DNA of 64,000 bases from the NCBI RefSeq assembly GCF_006345805.1, contig NC_043006.1:50778001-50842000 (forward strand), given 5' to 3'. Numbering within the stretch: position 1 is the first letter of the stretch; the number at the start of each line of letters is the position of its first letter. The stretch is from Octopus sinensis. Taxonomy: Eukaryota. A program made the translations under genes and the position numbers. Shown here piece after piece: positions 53,179 to 64,000 of this stretch. The notes under the pieces were generated by a model. The model saw only the letters and a program-made list of their open reading frames with translations. It made no database searches and was not told the origin of the DNA.

Positions 53179-54723
53179 TATCTGTGTACTCTGAACTGGG
53201 AAGAAATACTGCCTTGTGGATGCGATTCTGTATGATTCTGTCGTTAATATATTTGTTGTTGTCTGGGACTTTTCTGTTTCGGTTGTTATTACCGCTGTCT
53301 ATGATGTGGTGGCTCTTGATGGTGGTGTATATTCTGTGTTGTTTCTACCATTGGTGGTTTTGTGAAAGTTGTTGTTGTGCTGTATATGCTGCTTCTAGTC
53401 TTCTAGCTGATACTGCAATTACTGTTGGTATGGTTGCATGTTATGTCGTATATGTTGCAGCTATATGTGTTGTGGTTGCTGTTTTTTGGTAGTGGCACTG
53501 ATATTGTAGTGTTTCCGGTGGGCGGGGGGGCTTCTTTTAGCAGTCATATTTTGTTTGTGTCGGGGTAGAAATTTTGACGTGACTGTTGCAGACGTCTAGT
53601 TCAGGTGGTATGTTTGTGACTTTTACTCTCTGTCACTCTCTGTCCCAAGTAGATAGAAGACCTTTAGTTCTTTGTGGGACAGTGACGTGCTTCTTGGATA
53701 TGGTTTCCTAGTGGATAATAACTCGGATGTATTCGAACTTATGGGTATGTCCCATGAAATTAATGTTGGACCAAATATTTTTATTTAAAAAAAATTACAG
53801 CAGACAGCGGCAGCACTGTTAAATTGACAAGTGGTTCTTTAGTTTGTTGCATTGAATTCTGCTGGTCTGGAGCTCCCTTAATACATACCAAGGAAACAGA
53901 GATTTTCAATCATCTTATATACTGCCTTGCACTTCAGTTCATACGCTAGTTCTAATTAATGGAATGTGGGTAAAGACTGACTGTATAATATAGAAGGATT
54001 TTAAATCATGAATTCGAGAAGTTAGAAAATAATTTTGTTTATGGAAATGATCTGTTATCTTTGAGATATCTTCAACTGATACTAAAATCTTAATATGCGT
54101 GTGTGTGTACATTTGTGTGTGTATGTGTATGTGGGGGAGGCTATGACACAAAGAATTCTGTGAACAAAGAATAAAGGTTGTACTCAAGACGAGTTGTAGA
54201 TTTTCATCATATGTAGTGGAAGCAGAAAACTTCAATAACCATTATTCCAAGATTCATGTCTCCGATCTTAGATTAGTTGTAAAGATTAGTATACGACCAG
54301 CATTTATAGTTTCTGACGAGAAAACTTTCGTGAAAACATCTCTAGAAAAATCACACAGAAAGCTAAAAACCGAAAGAAAAGTATAGACAAAAAAAAACAT
54401 TTTGTTTGCAAAGGTGTTAGAAAGAAATTTTAAAAGTTTGAATATGATGCTGTGCTCTGATTGGAGAACGTACCTGTGAGAACGTACCTTGTGATTACTA
54501 ATGTGCGATCCGTCCTTTACTTTCTCATGAGGAATACATAAAATGTGGAAAATATTCTTTATATGATTATATAAGGCCCAACGATTTTATATTAATAACT
54601 AAAGATAGTAAAGTGATATTTAATGTGGAAAAGATTATGGTATTATAACTGTCAAAAGTTGGATGAACAGCATAAAACTAAAACGGTACTCAATACGTTA
54701 CGTAGAGTAAATATATTCGTTTA

Positions 54724-54906
54724 TTCTTTTACTTGTTTCGGTCATCTGACTGGAGCACCGCCTTTTAGTCGAGCAAATCGACACCAGGACTTATTCTTTG
54801 TAAGCCTAGTACTTATTCTATCGCACTCTTTTTGCTGAACCGCTAAGTTACGGGGACGTAAACACACCAGCATTGGTTGGAGGGACAAGCACAGACGCAC
54901 AAACAT

Positions 54907-54937
<31 letters not shown>

Positions 54938-55109
54938 CCTATATACGACGGGCTTCTTTCAGTTTCCGTCTACCAAATTCATTCACAAGGCTTTGGTCGG
55001 CTCGAGGCTATAGTAGAAGATACTTTCCCAAGGTGCCACGCCATGGGACTGAACCCGGAACCATGTGGTTGTTAAGCCAGCTACTTACCACACAGCCACC
55101 CCTGCGCCT
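54724..55109 (-). mobile_element. SINE family B
   Basis: Full-length. Confidence 0.85.
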
Positions 55110-55161
55110 TAGATCATAATCTGATTTTTTATAAATATGTGTATGTATATATACAAATACA

Positions 55162-56420
55162 TTATGTAAGGAAAATGTCCTACTCATTTTTCACATGACT
55201 AATTTCAGGGTACTTATTCAATGCTTGGGATAAACGGAAAAATAATTAGTTTTTACGATTTATTTTACTTTTGTTTTGCTGATTAATTTATATTGTATTG
55301 ATTTGATCCTTTAAAATGAATTCAAATCAGCTCTATATTAGACATTGCATTTTGTATCAATTCAAAGGTAGCTTTTCGGAAATGGAAGCGGCAGGAAATA
55401 TTCGTTCTGTCAATGGAAATGAAGCCTTATGCATCCGGACATATCAATGATGATTGAGCTAGTTTAGCTCGGGATATCTTTCTCTCAGAGACCCCGCTCG
55501 ATCTGAACAACCATGTTCTGCCAATATTGAGCTTCTGAAAGTCATAACTAAGGAAAATCCAACGGAAGCTGCATGAGAATTGACAAAACAATTCAAGTCA
55601 AACTTCGATCATAAAACACCTTCATGAACTCAAATGTGCTTAAACTTTGTTTGTGGGTTCCACCTCATCTGACTGCTTCTCAGCTTAATCCAAGCGTTGC
55701 ACTCTGCTCGACGTTTAAGAGTAGACTTGCTATAGAACCTTTTTTCTGAGTAGAATCATCACAAACAAAGACAAGTAGAATCTGTATGACTATATCCAAA
55801 CTAGAACGACAATGGCTAACACCCAATACAAAAGGATAATCCACTGCAAACCAGGACTATTTATGCTCTCTGATGGGATGCGAAAGGTGTCGTCTATCAT
55901 GGAGTCTTAAGCCAAAAGGAAGCAGTTAAAGCACAGAAGCACTGTCGTCAACTGGAAGCATTGCACAACATTTGCAAAAGAAGCGTCCATCATTCGTAAA
56001 GGGGTGTTGCTTTTACACGATAAATCAATACCATATAGTGCCCAAGTAACTAAGGAATAGATTATGGCACTAAATATGGAAGTCTTGCCTCATCACCCTT
56101 AGTCTCTAGACCATATTCCATCTACCTGTCATCTTTTCAGATCATTGTAACATTATTTAGAAGGAAGATGGTTTATCAATTATGAAAAGATTGAAAATAA
56201 TATTGAGTGGGTTTTTATATTTTATTTTTGTTGTACTTTGGTTTTGTCTTCGTGTTTGTTTTTTTTTTTGTTATTTTTGTTGTTCTTTTGCTTCTAAAGC
56301 TGAAGAATTTTAGATCGGAGAATCAATACTATGCCAAATCGATTGGATTGTTTCGATTAAATATATCAAGACTAGAAATTTTTTTTCCAACATGAAATGC
56401 GACAGGAATTTCTTTGCAAC

Positions 56421-56424
<4 letters not shown>
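55162..56424 (+). pseudogene. Mariner (DD34D-type) transposon fossil
   Basis: WVPPHLT, WDAKGVVYH, LLHDKS and VLPHHP*SLDHIPSTCHLFRSL (YSPDLAPSDYHLF-like). Right TIR ...TTTCTTTGCAACCTAA followed by TA. Confidence 0.8.
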
Positions 56425-56514
<90 letters not shown>

Positions 56515-56520
56515 CATACA

Positions 56521-56554
<34 letters not shown>

Positions 56555-56737
56555 CATAAATTGATTCTTTGATTGATTTAAGTCACAATAATACGGATTC
56601 AAGTAATCCGGTAGTCATAAACGAAGCTCCTTAATGTATCATGCTATAAAACATATAGAATATATAGTACAATAAGGAGACATGTAATGTATTTATTACT
56701 AAACATAATCCCATGTGATAATTATGTATGTGTGTGT

Positions 56738-56840
<103 letters not shown>

Positions 56841-57199
56841 TGGCTTCAAAATTTTGGCATAAGGCCAGCAATTTCGATAGAGCTCAACTGGTACTTATTT
56901 TATCCATCCCGAAAGGATGAAGATCAAAGTTGTCTTCGGGACCTCACCGGAATCTCAACTCAGAACGTAAAGAGAGACAAAATGCTAAGCAATTTGCCCG
57001 GCAGGCTAACGACTTTGCCGATTTGATGTATATTATTTAATGACAGCTTGACTCAGTTCCATGCAACTTTAAGTTTCGTAGATTCATAGGACGATCTGAT
57101 GTCTTCAAGCACCTGAAGAAGAGTTTTCTCGAGGTACCTGACGCGATAGGTTCATTCTATTAGCTTACGAAACATTGTGCTGCGTGATGCTGAGCCAGG

Positions 57200-57615
57200 G
57201 TGGCGAGCTGGCAGAATCGTTAGCACGCCGGGCGAAATTCTTAGCGGTATTTCTATCTTAACGTTCTGACTTCAAATTCCGCCGAGGTCGACTTTGCCTT
57301 TCATCCTTTCGGAGTCGATTAAATAAGTACCAGTTACGCACTGGGGTCGATATAATCGACTTAATCCGTTTTATCTGTCTTTGTTTGTCCTCTTTGTGTT
57401 TAGCCCCTTGAGGGTAATAAAGAAATAGGTATTTCGTCTGCCGTCACGTTCTGAGTTTGAAAATTCCGTCGAGGTCGACTTTGCCTTTCGTCTTTTCGGA
57501 GTCGATTAAATAAGTACCAGTTACGCACTGGGGTCGATGTAATCGACTTAATCCCTTTGTCCGTCCTTGTTTGTCCCTTCTATGTCTAGCCCCTTGTGGC
57601 CAATAAAGAAATAAA
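57200..57615 (+). mobile_element. Dimeric SINE A with Tx1-like tails
   Basis: Same head + unit + headless unit structure as 41021-41436. Confidence 0.85.
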
Positions 57616-57664
57616 TATATGTAATTCCTACCACTTTCTTTTGTCCATTCAGGCGTAGGTGTGT

Positions 57665-57708
<44 letters not shown>

Positions 57709-58439
57709 GCCATTCAGAATTTCTTGAATTATGTCATATCCCAATATACATCAACGTTTTCATGTAGTACTGGGTATTTTTTTTTCAAGTCATTCATTAC
57801 ATTTCCAACTGTCAATTCACAAAAATTTCATATACTTCTCTTTTATAACAATCTGAGATATCCAGTAGAAACACCTAAAGTATACTTAATCGGAGAAATC
57901 AAATAATCCCGAAACATTACTGGTTATCACCGTACTACTAAACGTTAGACTAACACTCTTCCCTGTATTCCATATTTCATTAGTGTTAACTAAGATTTCT
58001 GAATTATCTCCCCCTAATTTTTAAGGTATTAGACATTCAGAAATAATTTGCCCACAGCACTGGAAGTGCAATTTTTATAAAGTATAATTTTACTACATCG
58101 GATATCATAGCGACCTTTACTATTGCATTTTCATGCAGCAGACGCCTCTGGTTATTTTTAGCGATCACTGTAATAATTCAAGTGCGAAATACGTCTGGAG
58201 TTAAAAACATACCGCATACGATCAGTTGCAGTCTGCATTGCATTCTATATTTGATTAATATTATTTATATTTCCAGTGAATCAATATCAATTACGTCTAA
58301 TTTGTAGTTGTTATAACAACAATTCTTCAATAAGCAGTTGATAATTCTCATATCTAAGTGTGTAATATCAAAAGTATTCAAATATTAAAATTTATTAGTT
58401 TACTATATCACTTTTAAAATATGCCTATATGAGTACGTC

Positions 58440-58528
<89 letters not shown>

Positions 58529-58642
58529 GTATATATATGTCTGTATATATATGTATATATATATGTATATATGTCTGTATATGTATGTCTGTATATATAT
58601 ATATGCATGTCTGTATATATATATGTGTATATATGTATATAT

Positions 58643-59041
58643 ACTCTTTTAGTCTTTTACTTGTTTCAATAATTTGACTGCGGCCATGCTGGAGCACCGC
58701 CTTTAGTCGAGCAAATCGACCCCGAGACTTATTCTTTGTAAACTTAGTACTTATTCTATCGGTCTCTTTTGCCGAACCGCTAAGTGACGGGGACGTAAAC
58801 ACACCATCATCGGTTGTCAAGCAATGCTAGGGGGACAAACACAGACACACAAACACACACATACATATACATATATATACATATATACGACAGGCTTCTT
58901 TCAGTTTCCGTCTACCAAATCCACTCACAAGGCATTGGTCGGCCCGGGGCTATAGCAGAAGACACTTGCTCAAGATGCCACGCAGTAGGACTGAACCCGG
59001 AACCATGTGGTTGGTTAGCAAGCTACTTACCACATAGCCAC
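58643..59041 (-). mobile_element. SINE family B (same subfamily as 17227-17598)
   Basis: Shares diagnostic variants (AAGTGACGGG, AAGCAATGCTAGGGGG, GGCATTGGTC, GGTTAGCAAG). Confidence 0.85.
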
Positions 59042-59504
59042 ATATATATATGTATATATATATGTATATATATGTGTGTATATATATATGTATGTATACG
59101 TACGGAAAGCGTGTGTATAAAATTATAGAATTATTTTATTTGTTAATTGTTTAAATTATTTTCCATTGCTTTAGTTTTTTTACACGCGTAACAATTAAAT
59201 TAATTTAACAATCAAGAAAAAAAAATTAGGTTTGGTTTAGGGGGAGGTTTAGGGTTAGTGGCAGGATGTTGTCTCAGTTTTAGACGCAGCAAGTGATTTT
59301 AGCTCAAAAGAGAGCATAGGATTGGTTAAAATTCGAAAAATTAAACTACGTTAAACAAACAAATTACAATTTTCTCAAGAAAGCCAAGAGAAAAAAATGT
59401 TTTATTTTGACACATTCTACCAGTATACGAAGTTTTAAAGTGTTGAGTTGACTAGAAATTGTCTGCCGTTCAAAAGGAAAAGATCCTATATAGATAGATA
59501 TATG

Positions 59505-59549
<45 letters not shown>

Positions 59550-59558
59550 GTATTATAT

Positions 59559-59636
<78 letters not shown>

Positions 59637-59744
59637 GATAGGTAGATAGAGAAAGAGAGAGAGAAAGACGTATGTATGTGTATGTATTGATAATAATAAT
59701 AAGGTTAGCTAGAAGTGAAGGGGTTGTTCCTTAGGGCATTTATA

Positions 59745-60090
59745 TAAATTATATAGAGAAAAGTTTTCAGCTTTTCTAAGGAAATGAAATTAAATGAAAA
59801 GTAGTAAATAGAATATTCGTGCCATTACATTAAAAAAAAATTAAGTAGAATGATCACGTAATTATTATATTTAGGATTTTTCGTCTAACACTTGAGAATA
59901 CTTGTACCTCTACTCATGATTCTCAAGCGCCAGACGAAATATTCTTAAGAATAATAGCGTAAATATTCTACTTTATGTTTCTACTACTTTTAATTCCATT
60001 TTTAATTCCATTTTATATCAATTCGTTTCCATTTAAGATGTTCTACATGTAAATAAACTAAGAAACAATTTTTTCATATCTTCTATATAA
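59745..60090. repeat. Degenerate fold-back palindrome
   Basis: TTTCGTCT..CTTGAGAAT / ATTCTCAAG..AGACGAAA; outer AAAAGTAGTA / TACTACTTTT. Confidence 0.55.
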
Positions 60091-60173
60091 ACTTATTAAT
60101 ATTATTAATATACACTATACAGTACTCTACCAAAATTCTTTTCTTCATACATATATATATCTTTGTGCGAGTG

Positions 60174-60212
<39 letters not shown>

Positions 60213-60218
60213 GTAAGT

Positions 60219-60289
<71 letters not shown>

Positions 60290-60906
60290 ATCTTTATGGC
60301 AAGCGATTTAGTCTTTACAATTAGTTTTGCCATAATTTGGCTCTTCAAATAAGGCGGATAAGGTATATTATTCCACCTTCAATTGTTTATTTTAAAGAAA
60401 TGGCAGCAAATTCACTGTCATCGAAGCTACTTTAGCTGACACACAGACATACATTTCATCTGGCCGATAGACAAATTCAGAAATACAACAAGCAATGGAG
60501 AGCATCTTATAGATTATATAGGCATCAACAAAATATATGATTACGCCTAAACAGACAAACATACAATAGGGAGATAGACTGATAGATAACTACCTACATG
60601 CATACGCATAATGTCAAACTTTTTAATAACACACATAGACACGAAAACACTACAAACACAAATTATAAACCAAAATACCTACAAAAAAAAACGCTATACT
60701 TTTATCCATTATTAAGAATTAATATATGAAAATGAAATAAACTTCATCCGACATTACCTCAAGAGACTTATTATAGAAAACTTATTTGTGAACTGGAAGG
60801 CGAAAAATGAATACTCAGATAGCAATAAAATGTATATATCGGTTTGCAAATTAGAATTCCGTTATCTTTTACTAAATATCGATTTTCATTCATTTATATA
60901 GATATG

Positions 60907-63028
60907 TTTCTTTATTAGCCACACAGGGCTGCACACAGATAGAACAAATTACAAGGTAGAGCTTTTCTTTTGAAGGTTTAAAAAAAAAAAAAAATAATAA
61001 TAATAATAATAAAATAAAAATAAAATAAAATAAAAAAGGGGGGGTCGATCAAAAGGGATCGTAAAAGGAGAGAAAGAGGACAAAAAAAGGGGGGGTTAAA
61101 AAAAAGGGGGAGAGGAAAAAAAATTGATCAATAGGGATCGTTATCACAGAAATGTCAATATGAAGTGTAAAGGGGAGGACAGGTGAGGTTTACCCGTAGA
61201 AAGAAAAGCCTACGGAAAAGACCACGGTAACCTCGGTCAATGAAGTCACATGTTATATTTCTTTTTTTTTTTTTTTGCAAATAAGCAACTCTCTGTATTA
61301 ATTTTTACGGTTCATAGAATCATAGTCAAGGTGGCTTCGTCATTCATACGTGCCATCCTTGATACATTCACCCATCTTTTTTTAAAACATTCACTAGACA
61401 AAACTTGCCTCTCTACTCTCACTTTTTTCTTCAAGTGATACTTGAAGAAGTTGATGAGAGATTGACCAGAGAGGAAAAGTGTTTGTCTCTAATCCTTTCA
61501 GACGCGTCCACCAGATACATTCTTTCGCCATAGCCACAAGTATGATAAAAATAGCTCTTCCTTCCCGTTTGAAGGAAGGAGGCGTGACGATATTAACGAT
61601 AGACTCGGCGGATAAACCGACACGTCCCACACGTGACAGCAGTCGTTCGACATAAGCCCACAGGTGGGAAATTGCTGGACACTGCACGATTGCGTGCAGA
61701 GCGGTTTCGTCGCTCTGCCCGCATCTCGGGCAGGTCGGCCCCGTGTTTCTCGAGCCATGCCTATAGAGCTTATCCCGAACGGGTAGCGCTTCTCGGTAGC
61801 ACCGCCAGGCCAGGGATCTCTGGAAGTTGTCCATAGGTCCCGGGCCGAAAGTCGTTTGAAACAGGCGGATCAGGTATTCCTCGTCGACGCTCGTCATCGT
61901 ACCTCCCCTCCGCTAATCCCCTATAGAATGCTTTGGTTGTGTTGAAGTCACTCAAGGTCGACCCGGGACGGCAGATTTGCTTGAGAGCAACGCGACACTC
62001 GCGGCGCCATTCGCCCTTCTTCGGCCTCTTTTTGATCCACGACTGTAGTTCGGTCATGGAGACGAGTTGCGGGAATGCGTGCCTCACAAACGGCGACCAC
62101 ACCTGTTCACCGTCGTCTACATAGAGCCGGAGATGTCGCAGTCTCAGCGCGTGTCTGCGCATCATCAACCACGGCATGCCCAGCCCTCCTTTTAACGGGT
62201 GTTGACAGCAAATGGATCGTCTGACCATCGGGACGCATCCTTTCCACAAGAAGCGGAAGAGGATGCGTTCTATTTTGGTGATGTTAGGGTCGGGACAAGG
62301 TACGACGGTCAGGCGGTAGTAGATGATGGACGCGATGTACGCGTTCACCACCTCCGCCCGACCTTTTAGGGACAGTTTCCTCTCGGCCCATTGCTGGGCG
62401 AGAGTGACCACCCTACTCGTTATCTCGTTCCAGTTCTTCTCCATTTGGAGGTCCGGACCGAACCAGACCCCGAGCAACTCAACCGGGCCGTCTGTCCAGC
62501 GTCCCACGACGGAGGTACTGGTGGACGGCATGGGTTTGCTTCTCCAGGTGCCGAGTCGCAAGCCACTGACTTTTCCCGGTTGATTTTGCTCCTGTCACCG
62601 CTTCGTAGTCTTTCAGTGTCTCGCCGACCCGCTCGATGTGCTCGTGGCTTGACACTATGACGGTGACGTCGTCCGCGTATGCAGACACGCTCGTCCTGCA
62701 TCCTAATTCTCGCGGGATGCCCCTCAGAGTCGCCAGCTTCCGCAGTAGTGGCTCAAGAGTCAATACGTATAGAAGCGCCGAGAGGGGGCATCCCTGACGG
62801 ACCGAACGTGCAATGTCGAAGGGTCTCGATAGATGTCCATTTACGCGAATTACCGAACGGATGCCTCTGTACAAGGCAGCTATCCAGCCGCGGAAGACGG
62901 GACCGAAACCAGCCGCTCTCAGGACTGCCTCCAAGTATCGATGGTCTACCCTATCAAAGGCTTTCGATTGATCCAAGTTGATCAGGGCCCCACCCATGCC
63001 AGGTTCGTTAACTACCCTGTCTATGATG
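60907..63028 (-). mobile_element. Tx1-clade (L1 group) LINE, 5'-truncated, frameshifted ORF2 (RT + CCHC)
   Basis: NLDQSKAFDRVDH, VRQGCPLSALLY, YADD, KLSLKGR and CPRCGQSDETALHAIVQC across ORFs 62479-63028, 61770-62561 and 61394-61897; 3'UTR ends GGCTAATAAAGAAA. Confidence 0.92.
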
Positions 63029-63029
63029 C

Positions 63030-63114
<85 letters not shown>
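63030..63114. repeat. (GATA)n microsatellite between two Tx1 copies
   Basis: Directly visible. Confidence 0.95.
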
Positions 63115-63115
<1 letters not shown>

Positions 63116-63116
63116 C

Positions 63117-64000
63117 TTTCTTTTATTAGCCACACAGGCTGAATACAGAGGGGACAAATACAAATGCAGAGCTTTTCTTTTCGAGGGTGGAAAAAAATAA
63201 AAAATGTAAGATTGCGATCAAAAGGGATCGAGAGGAGGAAAAAAAAGGAAAAAAAAAAGAAAATCGTGTATCACAGAAATGGTGTTAACATTGATATAAC
63301 AAGATTGGGTTCATCCGTGGGAAGAAAAGCCTACAGAAAAGACCACGGGAACCCCAGTCAGGGAGGAAATAAACACATGAGGTCAAAAATGCTTCCTCTT
63401 TCTTCTTTTTACGATCATGCTCAAACTGGTTTCGTTACTAGCACGCACCATCTTTGCAACATTCACCCATCTTTTTTGAATCTTTCGCGAGACAAAACTT
63501 CCCTCTCCATTCTCACCTTCCTTTTCAAGTGGTACTTGAAAAAGTTGATGAGCGATTGGCCAGAGAGGTAAGTGTTTGTCTCTAATCCTTTCGCTCGAGT
63601 CCACCACACCATTCTTTCACCATGGCCACCAGTACGATGAAAACTGCCTTGCCTTCCCGGTTGAGGGAAGGGGGCGGAGCAATTCTCACGATAGACTCGG
63701 CCGATAGGCGGATTCGTCCCACACGTGACAGGAGCCGTTCGGCATAGCCCACAGGTCGGAAATGGTTGGACATTGCACGAGTGCGTGCAGAACGGTTTCG
63801 TCGCTCTGACCGCATCTCGGGCAAGTCGGTCCAGTGTGTCTGGAACCGTGTCTGTAGAGCTTATCCCGAACAGGTAATGCTTCTCGATAGCACTGCCAGG
63901 CCAGGGATCTTTGGTGATTGTTCATAGGTCCCGGCCCGAAAGTTGTCCTGAACAGGCGGGTCAGGTGTTCCTCGTCGACGCCCAGACTCTGCCCGAGTTC
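63117..64000 (-). mobile_element. Second, related Tx1-clade LINE 3' end (runs off window)
   Basis: QRSLAWQCYREALPVRDKLYRHG..CPRCGQSDETVLHALVQC; same 3' terminus motif. Confidence 0.9.

Noticed and set aside
54310-54350. CTGACGAGAAAACTTTCGTGAAAAC
   Set aside because: Extra GT before GAAA and no helix III.
57110-57140. CTGAAGAAGAGTTTTCTCGAGG
   Set aside because: GAGG instead of GAAA and no helix I or III.

Overview
AT-rich eukaryotic intergenic/intronic DNA with dense (TA)n, (TAA)n, (CA)n and (GATA)n microsatellites and many transposon relics. The SINE families resemble those of octopus, so a cephalopod origin is likely (inference). No intact host gene is supported, and nearly all ORFs in the track are microsatellite or SINE read-through. 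Recognisable elements: Tx1-clade LINE pieces, several Dong/R4-like RLE LINE fragments in (TAA)n, RTE-like scraps, a Penelope GIY-YIG fossil, mariner/Tc1 relics and MITEs, and three or more tRNA-derived SINE families. The main discovery is a set of minimal type I hammerhead ribozymes (HHRs) in short, mutually unrelated non-coding repeats. Four fold cleanly by hand: 77-165 (-), 886-973 (-), 11071-11169 (+) and 22091-22140 (-). Several degraded copies are also present. Each family has a different palindromic helix III, which suggests dimeric cleavage. One carries a compensatory U3-A8 core inside a terminally redundant 357-bp unit, and two lie in tandem 809 nt apart, as expected for Penelope pLTR or retrozyme-like (circular RNA) elements. 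Also notable: a SINE whose 3' tail matches the Tx1 3' end, and a 570-bp non-coding element found only in (TAA)n. All folding and alignment was done by eye.
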